A stretch of DNA of 64,000 nt from NCBI RefSeq assembly GCF_000143415.4, contig NW_003314278.1, positions 833,157-897,156 on the forward strand, written 5' to 3'. Positions 24,968 to 37,495 of the stretch are shown piece after piece. Below the pieces are notes generated by a model, which ran no database searches, was not told the origin of the DNA, and was given only the letters and a program-made list of their open reading frames with translations. Position 1 is the first letter of the stretch, and each line of letters opens with the position of its first letter. Source of the stretch: Selaginella moellendorffii. Taxonomy: Eukaryota; Plantae; Lycopodiophyta. Position numbers and translations under genes: made by a program.

Positions 24968-26858
24968 GGTGGCCCTAATTATTTTAATCTATATATATAA
25001 ATTTAATATAATATTGGAAGTTTCAAACCAAATAATGAAAAATATGCAGCTTATTCACAATGAAATATTTTAGAATACTGCTCAAGAAACGGAAATAAAT
25101 TTTTTATAAAAAAAAAACAATTATAAATGCAATGAGCAACTAATGGGTGGTCTTGATAAATTATTAAAAGAGATAAATCCCTATGCTAATGCATTCAAAA
25201 AATGGTAAGAAATAGAGAATGAAGAGTTAAATTCAACAAATATTCAAGGAGGCATAAGTGATATTGTAATACATATAAAAGGCAATTGGAAAACTGATCC
25301 AAGATGATATAATGCACTAGGTTCAAATGATTTTAAACATTTAGTTGTACAAAGATGGTATTCATTGATGAACTTTTTTATTATGTCTACTATATACGAT
25401 ATTTTAAAAACAAAAATATGTTCAAATATGTTTAAAAATATAGTATCGAATCAATAAAATACTCTTTCTTCTATAGAACAAAAACTTTATAGAACAAAGA
25501 GTATCTGATTAACTCAATACTACATTATTAAAATTAAACATTTTTTAGTACGAAGATGGTATATAGTACACAAAAGAAAAGATGTACTAAAATATGATAT
25601 TTTATAGCTTAAAATAGAGGAGTAAATATTTCTAGATATTTGTTGTGTAAAATATTTTCTTATTAATAATCTTATGGTATTTATTAATATAAATATAAAT
25701 GAAATTAAACATATTGAGATGTCAATTGGCTAAGATGTAGCTTAAGATTTATATAATATCATAAATTTTCTACCACTTTATCCTACATTTCATTTATACA
25801 TGAAAAACATAATAAGGTATAAATATGATTGAGACAACATTAGTACATGGACCATATAAAGAAATTTAATTATATTATATTAAACCTTCTATATACCATT
25901 CATGAATTTTCTGATATATTATAGTTCTAGCATAAAGAAAAGTTTATATATCATCAAACTCTACTCTACCCCAGTATAGAGTAAAACATTACCATTCATT
26001 TATCATCATAAAATTTCAGCATTCATAACAGTGTTATAAAGCCTTAATTTTAAATATAAATACATGAATATAGGGAGATAATAATCTTATTTCAGATTTA
26101 TAAAAACAACTACAGAAATAATGTTTATGGTATTAATAGAATAATTTCTATTTTAAATATTACTCTCAAAATATGAATATAAATATTAGGTAAAAAGGGA
26201 ATATCAATGATAAATATGTAAAATATTATAATTTTATAAAAGAAAATATAACACATAAAGCTAACATCTTTCACTTATTATCATGCAATTCCAAAACTTT
26301 CAGTCTGAAATGATGAAAAGAGAAACTCCATAATAATGTTTATATTTTTTAAATTTAAAAGATGTATGCACTTTAGATGAGTTTTTAAATATATATTAAA
26401 TATATTTTTAACATCATTATATTTGAGTGAAATTAAGTAACACATATTTTATTAAGAGGAAAAATTATAGAGTTTAATAAATCATCAAATAAAAATATTT
26501 TTATCAATTATATAGAGATTTCAAATAAAAGAAAAACTTAGTTATTAAACAAATGACTCATCTGGCCATGGGATCCCACAGTGAGAAATTCCATTTATAG
26601 AATATCCAAGACTTCATTCAACAATCAGAATTTTAAATATGATATAATGTACTGAGTTATATTTATTATGTTATGATGTGTGTTGGTGATAGAATCAATT
26701 GTAGAAGAGAATTTTAATATAAAGATTATGTTATGTTTAACTATATATCTTATAATTATAATTGTGTTAAAAATTACAATTACACTTACAACTCTTTGAA
26801 ATTATTAAAATATAAAAAATAAAGACAATGCTCCCAACGTAGCTGGGACTTTTGCTAG
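24968..26858 (+). mobile_element. Decayed Helitron: RepHel N-terminal remnant and 3' terminus
   Basis: GGPNYFNL..I*YNIGSFKP...AYSQ*NIL and NYKCNEQLMGGLDKLLKEINPYANAFK...DPR*YNA match Helitron motifs; hairpin TCCCA-ACGTAGC-TGGGA at ~26832-26848, then CTAG (26855-26858) followed by T. Confidence 0.75.
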
Positions 26859-27149
26859 TCCTTCGATATTTAAAAGAGCAAGGGCGACATATTCAATCAA
26901 GATTCTTTTCGAGCTTAATGGTGGAGATGAAGACACGTGGGAAAAATGTTTTTATTTTTTTAGGGTAAACTAGTTTTTTCGATGGTAAACCTGTTTTTCT
27001 GAAGCATTTTTCCAGAAGCACTTATGTAATTCAGCATTTCACCGCGGTTGCACACCATGAGGTTTGCTGCTCTCATCAACCAAGTATGAGATGAGTTTAT
27101 CAAATTTATCTTGTGGTGATGTTTCTTCTTTTTTTGCTGCCAGAAATGC

Positions 27150-30100
27150 CATGTGGTCCGTTAATGGCAAGGGTACTCTTGAATAGTATTTGATAAACTT
27201 TCGGTAATAGTTGCATAGCCCCAGGAATGCCTTTAACTCGTGTACATTCAATGGTCACTCCCAATCCTGGATCGCTTGGACCTTCTCAAGGTCCACCTTG
27301 AGCCCGTCCTTGCCCACCACATGTTTGAGAAACTTTACCTCTTGTTGAGCAAAGTCACATTTGCTCTCTTTAGCATACAGCTGGTGTTCCCTTAGTTTCT
27401 CAAACACCTTTGTCAAGTGTTCGGCATGCTTTTCTAGCGTTTTGCTATAGATCAAGATGTCGTCAATATAGACAACCACAAAGTGATCCAGATAAGGTAC
27501 AAAGATGTGGTTTATTAACGCCAAAAACGTTGCCAACACATTGCATAGCCCAAAGGGCATCACTAGAAACTCAAAGCTCCCATACCTTGTTCGACAGGTT
27601 GTCTTCTTGACATCTTCTTCTACTACCCTGATTTGGTAGTATCCTGACGTTAGGTCAATCCTCGAGAAGTATTTTGCCTTTCCCAACCTATCAAACAGGT
27701 CCTCAATCCTTGATAAAGGGTACTTGTTCTTTTTGGTATACTTGTTGAGCAACCGATAGTCTATGCACATACGCATAGATCCATCTTTCTTTTTCACAAA
27801 TAACACTGGCGCCCCATACGGCGACTTGCTCAACCTAACATACCCTTTGTCCACCAACTCCTTTAGTTGGCGTTTGAGCTCCTCGAGTTTTTTTTCGTTC
27901 AAATAGTAGGGGGGACGAACCACCGCCTCAGCACCCTTGACTAGCTCAATCTTATGTTCTATCGGTCGTGTGGGGGGCAACCCCGTTGGTAGCTCCTCTG
28001 GCATGGTATCCTGGAATTAATCCAACACCCGCTAGATCACTAAAGGTACTTCTTCCGTTCTCATCTTTTTGTCACTCTTCACTGAGAGTAAGCACAAAAA
28101 TGCTACCTTGGTTCCTTCAGTGAGTTGTCCTTTTGTGGACACCAGGTTTAGGCAGGAATTTTTGACCTTGCATTGCCCTACCTTTAGATCCTGGGCCTCC
28201 ACCTTGGATCTTCTTCCTTGGGCATTCGCTAGTACCTTTCCATGCAGGGCTACCACGAACTGATTGAACCAATCCATCCCGAAGATCATGTCAAATCCCG
28301 CCATGTCTAGTACGGTGAAATCCATGTCTACTTTCCATGTCCCTACTTCGACTCTTGCTTGTCGAAGTACCTCATTAGTGCTTTGGCTACTTTGAACAAA
28401 CTCTATAGTCTTTGGTTCGCCTAGCTACTGCACCATTAGTCTGGCTTGCCGGACTATGTCTGCAGCCAAAAAATTATCCGAAGCACCCGTGTTAATAAGG
28501 ATCTTAACAAAGTTACCTCCGAGCTTCCTTCAGAGGGCTAGTAGATATCGCAAATGACTCTTTACCAAAGTTGCTCGTGTAATGAATAACTTTGAGCTAG
28601 GGACTGGATCACATACCTTAATTTGGATTTCACCCGACTTAATGTCCATATTGGCTCTGGCCTTCTTCGGGTAGGGACATTCCCTTGAAAAGTGTCCCGC
28701 TTCACCGCAGTTGTAATGTTTCCCACGCTGCTAAATGATTTAACTTTCTTATCTGTGGGTTTGTCTCTTTTCGCTTGACTCCCCTACGTACTTGCTCGCA
28801 GGCCCCGGATTTGTTTTTCCGGAACCCAGAGGACTCATTCTTAGAGAAACTCTTCTTGAATTTCCCTTTGCTATACGTTCCCCTTGGTTTGGCCCCTTTG
28901 TTAAACGTGGACCCTGACCCCGTCGTGTTCCCCTTTCGTAGGTTATCATTGAAATGCACTTTGATGGCCGCATCCAATGCTTCCTTGTAGTTGGTCGGGT
29001 TCTAGCGCATCACCTCACCTCGAGCCCAGGTTTGCAAGCCTGATATGAAGGCATGGAACGCATCCATATCCCCTATATCTGTGACAAGTATCTTCTTTGC
29101 CATAAACCAATTCATATACTCCTAAATGGTTTCGTCTGCTTTAGCCTACTCAGCTTGTCTCTTAGATGCAGAGTAGCATTCGGAGGGATATAAATCGCGT
29201 GGATCCTCACCTTCATCATTTCCCAAGTGGGCATTGGTCCTTCGTTGGCCTCTGTCGTTCTCCACCAAGACTTGGCATTATCTCCAAGTATAGTTTTGCA
29301 CATGGGACCTTCTCCGAGCTCGGTAACTGCAATGCTCAGAAGTAGTCCTCCATATCGTAAAACCAATCCTCCACCACTTTATAGTCGTTCACTCCTTTGA
29401 AGACCGGTGGGGGCTTTGGTTTGTACTTAGGAATTGCCTAAGGGATTGATTCCACTTCGGTTTGTTCGACCTTGTTTGGTTTTGCCTTAGTCTCTGCCGA
29501 AGGGTCTGCAACTTCTGCGCTGCCAGCATCTGCCATCTTTTGCCTTTTCTTCCGCTTCTCGTCACGCTTTAGCCTGCGTACGAGAGTCTCCAGCAGAAAC
29601 ATCCAATCAAGCCTTGGATGACCGAACCTTACCACCGGACTCCTGTTTGGAAGTTTCCTCATTGGAGTCCTCTTCATGCAAGGATTCCTCATCCATAGCC
29701 TCTCATTCGACCAGAGGCTCCAGCTCTAGAGGAGGTTCTGTCTCTGCCTTGGTTCATTTCCGCCCTGCATTTGCCATCTCCCAGCAATCCGCCTCTATCC
29801 TCCGCTAGAACTGAGGAAAAGACTCTGATACCAAATTATAAGCCACAAATTTTTCCTTTCTAATTTGCCAGTTTACCTCATCTATCCATCCAACACTGTT
29901 TTGGTTTTTGCTAAGTTCCCTCGCCAAGGTTCCCGCCTATGGTACCAGCTCCTACTTGGTCCTACTTGGTTTTAGCTACTCACTGCACGAGCAACAAAGC
30001 ATTACCCATCCATGGATTCCCAAATCTTTCCCAATCCCTCTCCCTGGTTAGACTGGACTTAAGGTTCGGCTACACTCCCCGCAGACACAAACAGCCAAGC

Positions 30101-30952
30101 ACACAAAGCCTCTAGGTTCCTAACATTTCTTGGTACCACAAGACTTGATCATGGGACCCTCTAAATCCCAAGTCTTGGGTGCAACACTTGCTTCGGGACG
30201 CTAGGGCGAAACACTTTGGCCTAGCAGCCCGGTATGGGTACCTCTACCCCCCCACTTCTATCTTCAAGGGAAGGCCCAAGCCCCTAGGAAGGGCAAGGAC
30301 CAATGAGCCGCAAGGTACTCAAGTGGGGCACCACTTCACATGAGCTGGGAGCACCGTGGTCGGTTTCCCTTTCAGGAGTGGGAGTTGCTCTTGAGCACTT
30401 TCTGGGGTGGCCCTTCCGATACCACCCAAGTCCATGCTCACTCCCACCCAAGGCCCCTCGGCCCCAGTCTCAACCTCAAGTCAGTTTGGAAGCACCACTG
30501 GAGAGTTCCTTCAAGACTGGTTCCTGGACCTCACTATCCCTACTATACTTTTGGAATCCCCCACATCCCCCCCCCCCGGGAGATGCACGCTTTGGGCTTT
30601 CACCCCTTGACCCGTATTAGTACTGGGACTCGGTCTCGGACTCGATCTCGGACTCAATCTCAGACCTGACTTTGGACTCGGTCTCAGACTTGATCTCGGA
30701 CTCGATCTCAGACCCGATCTCGGACTCGACTTCGGACTTGACCTCGGACTCGGTCTCAGACCCGATTCAGATCTCGAACTCGGTCTCGAACTCGGTCTTA
30801 GACTCGATCCCGGACTCTATCTCGAACTCGGTCTCAGAGTCGGTCTTGGACTCGATCTTCGACTCAGTCCCATCCGATAAACTCTTTGTCATTTCGGTCA
30901 TGCTTTCGAGGATCCTTTAGCCTACGACACCTCGAGGAGTTGGTTTCTTACA
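27150..30952 (-). mobile_element. Ty3/gypsy family A, 3'-truncated: 5' LTR 29837-30952, Met PBS, degenerate gag-PR-RT
   Basis: PBS CTCTGATACCA at 29823-29833; LTR ends tataag...cttaca; gag AKSWW, zinc knuckle, [28 protein letters not shown] and YIDD; no integrase. Confidence 0.9.
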
Positions 30953-33252
30953 AAGTTAGTGTAAGCAATAAATTTTCCTTTTCCAATTTGACAGCTTACC
31001 TCATCTATCTAACCATCTTTGCCTTAGCCTCAGTTAAGTTCCCTTGCCAAGATTCATACCTATTGTACCAGCTTCTACTTGGACCTACTTGAATTCAACT
31101 ACTCACTTAAAATTTGGCTATACTCCCCCTAGACATAAACAACTAAATATACCAAGCCTTTAAGTTTTTAACATCCCTTGATACAACTGTAGCGCACCTG
31201 AATTTTGGAGCCGAACTCCAAGCCTGTTGCGCTACGAAATGAGGGTCCGGTACAATCCTACGAGCACCAGCTCCCCGTATCCAGCACCTGCACGCAAAAT
31301 GGTGTCAGACGGAGTCTGGCACGATTTTGGCATACCGGTGGCCTGACACGAGAAGGAGGGTACTCCACCGACTAGAGTAGCGTGGAGCTTGGGCTTAGAC
31401 CCAAGCCGGACGCAGAACAAGGAGCGACACAGCCCAGCGGGAGCCAAACTAATGTCTCAGGTGGTCGGACATGCATTCCAACCACTATCCCTACTATACA
31501 TTTGGAACCCCCTACAGCCCCCCCCCCCCCCCTTGAGGAACACACGCTTTGGGCTTTCACCCCAAGCCACCCTTAGTACCAGGAGTTAGTCTTTAGGACA
31601 AGTACGAAACTTACTAAATATGGAATGGCCTTAGATTGCGAATTTGGACACGGGACGAACACCATTGTGTTCAGGCCGACCTCTACATTCCGTAGACATG
31701 CCAAATGAGCGAATCTAGACACTTTCCATAATTAGCACTTGGGACCAAAATGAGACTAACACAAAGGGCGTGATAGCGAGGGTGTTTGGCAGACACGGTA
31801 AGTTATCATCCGGCGATATTGAGGGACTAGTCTCAATACGCGAGGGTTCTTGCCAAGCCAGTGCAAGATAGAGCAAAAGAGAACTAAAAAGCCGGGCCAA
31901 GTATGCTTGGCCAAATAGACACTTAGGAATTCCGTCCTTATGCTCATCCAGCCAAGTACAGATGCTAAGTCTAGTTTACTAACACTTGGACAATTGGGGC
32001 CAATAAAGGGAACCAGCAGTACCGACCTCCTGCCGTCATGGCAGTAAGGAAAGAGTGCCCGTAAGGACTGGTCGACAAGTATCTTTCGATACCCGAAGTC
32101 ACATTCGCGACACTCTCCCCCCCTTGGGGAAAATCGACGTCCTCGTCGATGTATACCCGAGTCTAGCAAACTGTCAAGGAAACAACTCCAAAAGTTAACG
32201 GAAAGCACACTATGTGGGAAACACACCGACTTAAATGAGTTATGGAACGACCTCTCCTCTACGTCCAAAGACGTTAAGACTCAGACACCCTCCAGCCGTC
32301 ACCGACAAGGAAATGACTAACAGAGTTAGCCACCCTTGCTGCTCCGAGTACCACTCGGCTTACAAAGGAATGATACATCCCTGGCCGCAGGGATATAGGG
32401 AGAAGGCCAGAGGCGCAACTTCCCCTGAGCAAGAAATCAACCCCATCGGGAAGATTTAGACAACTATTATAAACTGGCAGATGAAGTTGTTTACACGACC
32501 ATGCCCCTTTGTTCGAAAAATGAGTCAACGAGAGAGAGGCAGGGACTTGTGATCAGTCTATAATAGTTATCCCCATGGTTATGGATTGGACCCATGCACT
32601 GAAGTGCCGAAGTCAGCCTGCCAAAATTGACCCAAGTATTATCGAATGAGAGAAATGACACTTTGAGTTATAGAAATATATATTTTATTGATTTGCAAGA
32701 TTTATTACAAGATTTTTTACAAAAGCTAGTGTTTATTACTATTCTCATACTCCGTGACAAGCTCACGAGCATGGGTAAGATTACTAAGAGGCTCCCAAGT
32801 TGATTCACAAGTTGGGTAACCTTTCCACTTAACTAGATACTCCCGACGTTTGGCACGTTTAAGCCGCGTGAATCCAAAATAGCTTCTACTTCATATTCAG
32901 GTTCACCATCCACAACGTCTGGCGGTGGACGAATCTCCCGTTGACATGCAACATCCATAGTGTAAGGAGCCAATAAATTGGCATGAAATACATTATGAAC
33001 ATTGGACATCTCCACAGGCAGATCCAACCGATAGGATACATCACCAATGCGTTTTAGCACCTGATAGGGTCCAACATATCTCGACAAGAGCTTCCGAGAC
33101 AAAGAACCCTTAATGTTCAAGTTTCGGGAAGATAGCCACACCTGATCTCCCACTTGATAGGATACATCCCGACGATGCTGATCCTTATCACGTTGATACC
33201 TATCCTGAGCCTTGCCCATCGCCTCAGTAGCTCTAGACCAACCTTGGCGTAG

Positions 33253-36117
33253 CTACTCTGCATAAGTCTCAACGGCTGGGACCAACACTTCGGTCATTGG
33301 TTTTGGTACAACGATTTGTTGAGGAACCCCATGAGCATTCCCTTGCAGCATCTCCCATGGAGAACAGCCTATAGCGCTATGAAATGTGTTGTTATAACAA
33401 ATTTCTGCTATATCCAAATGCTCAACCCAGTCGCGTTGGTCCGCCGCAACATAGTACCGTAGATAATCCTCAACTTGAGCATTCACGTGTTCGGTCTGCC
33501 CATCAGTCTGAGGATGATAAGCCGTACTAAACTTCAACTTGGTACCGAACAGCTGGAACAGTGTGCCCCAAAACTTCCCCGTAAACCTCGAATCTCTATC
33601 CGAGATCATCTCTTCAGGAAGACCACGAACTCGCACTACTTCATGGAAAAAGAGCTTTGCTGCTTGTTTCGCATTCACTGTTCCTACAGTTGGAATGAAG
33701 TGTGCAATCTTCGACAACCGATCCACAACCACCATCAAAGTATCATGACCCTTAGACTTCGGCAAGCAAGTGACGAAATCAAGTGTCACACTCTGAAATG
33801 GCCATGCCGGTGCTGGAATGCACTGCAACTTTCCAGCCTGCTTCTCAGTTCTGCGCTTACATTGCTGGCATATAGGGCAGGAACGAACATAATCCGCTAC
33901 ATCACCTTCCATACCAGACCAGAAAAATCCCTTTTTCAATGAAGCCAGAGTCTTTCGCTTCCCACCATGTCCCACTGCTGGAACATCATGATGTTCCCTC
34001 AAAAATAACTGTTGAAGATCCTTAGAGGGAAGATACAATCTTTCTTTCTTATAGAATATAAGCCCGTCTCGAACTGAGAAGTGAAGCTTTGCATTAGTGC
34101 GACTAGCAACTTTTGCTGCTTCGCTACCAGGGCTCTGCTTCAACAACCCCACACGGCATAAGATTGCCTTCGCCAATGGATCACTTCCATACGAAGCCCG
34201 GACGTCCTTCAACCAATCTGGACTGATTGCCGATATTGCCCGGAATTGAGCTTGACGACTCAACGCATCCGGAACAATATTGTCTTTACCAGGTTTATAT
34301 ATGATTTCAATATCATATCTGGCAAGCTTCTCTTGCCAACGAGCCTGCTTCGGCGTAAGCTTAGGCTGCGTAGCAAAGTAGCTTAGTGTGTTACTATCCG
34401 TATAAACCTTGGTATGTCCACCCAAGTAGTGTCTCCAGTGTTCCAGGGCCGACACTATAGCAAACATCTCTTTCTCATGCGTTGGCCATCTTTGTTGGGT
34501 TTCATCCAATTTCTTGGAATAGAATGCAACGGGACAACCATGTCGCCTTAGCGTAACACCAACCGCTTTGTCACAATCTTGCTGTAACACGGCACCAATA
34601 GCATAACCAGATGCATCACAATGCACTTCGAAGGGTTTATCAGGATCTGGGATCCTGAGAACAGGAACTGTAGTCAAGATCTCCTTCAACCGTACAAAAG
34701 CACGCTGACAAGCTGGTGTCCAATGAAACGGAATACTACTCTTCGTCAACTCAGTCAACGGAAGAGCAATTCTTGCAAAATTGCGGACAAACTTGCGATA
34801 GTATCCCGCCAATCCGAGAAAGGAACAAACATCTGACACAGTGGTCAGGACTTCCCAGGACTTCACCGCTTCCACCTTCTTTGGATCGACCTCAATCACG
34901 CCACCACCAACTATATGTCTGAGAAAGTTTACGTGCAATTGACCAAAAGCGCATTTACTTTCCTTAGCATATAGTTTGTGTTCGCGCAACTTCTGAAACA
35001 CCAGCTCCAAGTGTTTCAAATGATCCTCCAACGTTTCGCTGAAGACTAGAACATCGTCGATATATAGGACAACAAATGTGTCCAGATAATCTCCAAATAT
35101 TCTATCCATCATAGTGTTGAACGTTGCCGGAGCATTGCATAACCCGAACGGCATGACAAGGAACTCATAAGATCTGTACCGAGTTTTAAAGGCTATCTTC
35201 TCCACATCTTGATCCACCACCCGTATCTGATGATACCTGGACCGCAAATCAAGTCGTGTAAAATACTTAGCCTTTAAGAGTTGGTCAAACAAGTCATCAA
35301 TGCGAGGCAATGGATAACTGTTTTTAACCGTGATCTTGTTGAGTGCCCGATAGTCAATACACATCCTCATGGTTCCATCCTTTTTCATAACAAAAAGGAT
35401 CGGCGCTCCATAAGGTGACTTGCTTGGTCGGATATGACTTTTGTCAAGAAGCTCCGTGAGTTGCTTCTTGAGTTCAGCCATCTCCTTGATGTTCAACCGA
35501 TATGGAGCTTTCGTAGGTGGTTTAGAACCCGGAATAACTTCAATCCGATGATCAACCTCACGGCTAGGTGGTAGCCCTGGTGGCAAATCCTTCGGAAAGA
35601 TATCCTGATTCCACGTCAACAACTCCAATATCTTCTTTGGTACAGGATCAACCCCGTCGCCAATTCGAATTGAGTCACCAACACCCTCAGCTTCCATCAC
35701 TTGAACCCATAAGGTCTGACATCCCCTCTTAGCTGCTTTTTGAGCGGCCCTCACAGTCAGGAACTTTGCATCCCAATCCTTTGAGGAACGCTTTTGCAAC
35801 TGAAAGGATACATCAGGACGTCCTTCTGACTTCAACGTGATATGACTTTGTCCAGCACCATAAATCCCTTTTATATACTTATTGAAGAAATCCATACCAA
35901 ACACCATCTGAAAATCTGATATCTTCAACACTACCAAGTCCACTCTTTCTTTCCACTTGGATATCTTTATTGGAACATCACTCACAAACTTTCTGCCTAC
36001 TTGCCCACCTTCCACAAACCGGAAGTGCATAGGCGACATTTGCTCAGCATTCAATCCTAACAACTTAACTAAGTCATCGGATATCACGCTGTGCGTAGCT
36101 CCCGTGTCAATCATCAC
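33253..36117 (-). CDS. pol: pol (PR-RT-RH-IN) of family B element; chromodomain tail continues to ~32740 past a stop and a frameshift
   Basis: 954-aa ORF with [28 protein letters not shown] zinc finger, [11 protein letters not shown]. Confidence 0.95.
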   Translation of the reverse strand: MMIDTGATHSVISDDLVKLLGLNAEQMSPMHFRFVEGGQVGRKFVSDVPIKISKWKERVDLVVLKISDFQMVFGMDFFNKYIKGIYGAGQSHITLKSEGRPDVSFQLQKRSSKDWDAKFLTVRAAQKAAKRGCQTLWVQVMEAEGVGDSIRIGDGVDPVPKKILELLTWNQDIFPKDLPPGLPPSREVDHRIEVIPGSKPPTKAPYRLNIKEMAELKKQLTELLDKSHIRPSKSPYGAPILFVMKKDGTMRMCIDYRALNKITVKNSYPLPRIDDLFDQLLKAKYFTRLDLRSRYHQIRVVDQDVEKIAFKTRYRSYEFLVMPFGLCNAPATFNTMMDRIFGDYLDTFVVLYIDDVLVFSETLEDHLKHLELVFQKLREHKLYAKESKCAFGQLHVNFLRHIVGGGVIEVDPKKVEAVKSWEVLTTVSDVCSFLGLAGYYRKFVRNFARIALPLTELTKSSIPFHWTPACQRAFVRLKEILTTVPVLRIPDPDKPFEVHCDASGYAIGAVLQQDCDKAVGVTLRRHGCPVAFYSKKLDETQQRWPTHEKEMFAIVSALEHWRHYLGGHTKVYTDSNTLSYFATQPKLTPKQARWQEKLARYDIEIIYKPGKDNIVPDALSRQAQFRAISAISPDWLKDVRASYGSDPLAKAILCRVGLLKQSPGSEAAKVASRTNAKLHFSVRDGLIFYKKERLYLPSKDLQQLFLREHHDVPAVGHGGKRKTLASLKKGFFWSGMEGDVADYVRSCPICQQCKRRTEKQAGKLQCIPAPAWPFQSVTLDFVTCLPKSKGHDTLMVVVDRLSKIAHFIPTVGTVNAKQAAKLFFHEVVRVRGLPEEMISDRDSRFTGKFWGTLFQLFGTKLKFSTAYHPQTDGQTEHVNAQVEDYLRYYVAADQRDWVEHLDIAEICYNNTFHSAIGCSPWEMLQGNAHGVPQQIVVPKPMTEVLVPAVETYAE

Positions 36118-36391
36118 TCGGATTCAGTGTCCACGGACAAAGCCTACCAGATACATCAACGGATCAGTGTTTGCATTGACTGCAAGAAAAGCTTGAGGAA
36201 AGCAACGAAAGTTACTCACCTCTTCTTCCTCATAGTCTGCATTGACCAACTCGTCAACCCCTTCAGCTTCATCACCACCGTCTTCCCTCATGACATTAAC
36301 CCGAGACCTTGTCTTATGCTTGTTGGGACATTCCGAGGACCTATGTCCCAACTCTCCACAATGGAAGCAATGACCCACACTACCCATTCCG

Positions 36392-37495
36392 CTAGGAGCA
36401 GGTTTTGCAAGTTGTTGCTGCTTGTACCGGGAGAGGAACAGAGGGCCTAGGACCAGAAGAGGCTGCTGGTGGTCTCCAACCACCACCACCTTTATTAACC
36501 GTAGGTTGTGAGCCCCCAGGGCGGTACCTACTTTCCACCCTTTGTTTCCGATCACCTTGCTTATTCCCAGAATTCCTATTCTTATCCGAGTTACCAGCAT
36601 AAGGTTGCTGATATTGTTCCATGAGCGAGTGACTAAAGGCAACTTGCTGTGCTGCCTCCTTACACTCCAAGTACGTCTTTGGCTTAAACTTCAAAATCTC
36701 ATTACGAGAAAGTGAACTTAAACCCTCCAGGAAATAACTCCGAGCATCTTCGTCACTCATATTTGCAATCATAATGCGCTTCTGAGCAAACGCATTAACA
36801 TAATGCATGAGATCCCCTCGCTGCTTTAACCGCTGCAGCTCCGCGCGAAGTCTCAGACCAAGATCATCAGGCAAGTATTCCTTACGGATACGAGACCGCA
36901 TCTTGGTCCAACTTCTAGTTTGCCCCTTTTCAGCACACACTTGGCGCCACCAAGTTTTGGCATGATCGGTGAGAAAGGATTGCACACACACAACTTTCGT
37001 ACGATCATCTACGTCTACCGCTATGAAATAGTTTTCCATATCGTAGACCCAGTCTTCCAAAACCTGATAGTCCCGCATGCCTCTGAAGTTGGGTGGTTTC
37101 GGAGGCTTGAACTTTGAAACTCGTGCAACCGGGGGCGGCTGCAGAACTTCATCGTCCTCAGAACTCGAAGAGGAGTCCGGTTGCTTAGGCTTAGCTGGTT
37201 TAGCTGCCTCAGCCTCTTTCTTCCTCTTCTTGTTCTCCTTTTTCAATTTGCGAACCTCCTTTCGCAAATTCTCGATCTCGACTTCCTGAGCCATTCGTTG
37301 CAGCGCCGCAGCATTTGGCTCTTCCTCTTCTGACTCAGCCTCAGCCTCTTCCGCAGCATCTTTAGCAGGAGTTTCCTCCTCTCGATTCGCCCGTCTAGAG
37401 GTTTCAGCGTTATCAGCACGGTTCCTCTTCACCATCCTGCTAGCTGCATGCATGCCTCTATCAGTAACTGAACATGCATACAACGTTCTTACCAA
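36392..37495 (-). CDS. gag: gag of family B element (frameshifted before the zinc knuckle)
   Basis: KPPKPPNFRG..LEDWVYDMENYF...AKTWW...LQRLKQRG. Confidence 0.85.
   Translation of the reverse strand: MVRTLYACSVTDRGMHAASRMVKRNRADNAETSRRANREEETPAKDAAEEAEAESEEEEPNAAALQRMAQEVEIENLRKEVRKLKKENKKRKKEAEAAKPAKPKQPDSSSSSEDDEVLQPPPVARVSKFKPPKPPNFRGMRDYQVLEDWVYDMENYFIAVDVDDRTKVVCVQSFLTDHAKTWWRQVCAEKGQTRSWTKMRSRIRKEYLPDDLGLRLRAELQRLKQRGDLMHYVNAFAQKRIMIANMSDEDARSYFLEGLSSLSRNEILKFKPKTYLECKEAAQQVAFSHSLMEQYQQPYAGNSDKNRNSGNKQGDRKQRVESRYRPGGSQPTVNKGGGGWRPPAASSGPRPSVPLPVQAATTCKTCS

Noticed and set aside
35227-35240. Hammerhead ribozyme (retrozyme) cores, CTGATGA here and at ~50192, ~62384 and ~63724
   Set aside because: All fall in pol or gag coding remnants, and I saw no supporting stems or correctly placed GAAA
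36380-36430. Programmed gag/pol frameshift in the family B element
   Set aside because: The shift lies upstream of the zinc knuckle with no clear slippery heptamer, and the element has other disabling lesions, so mutation is more likely
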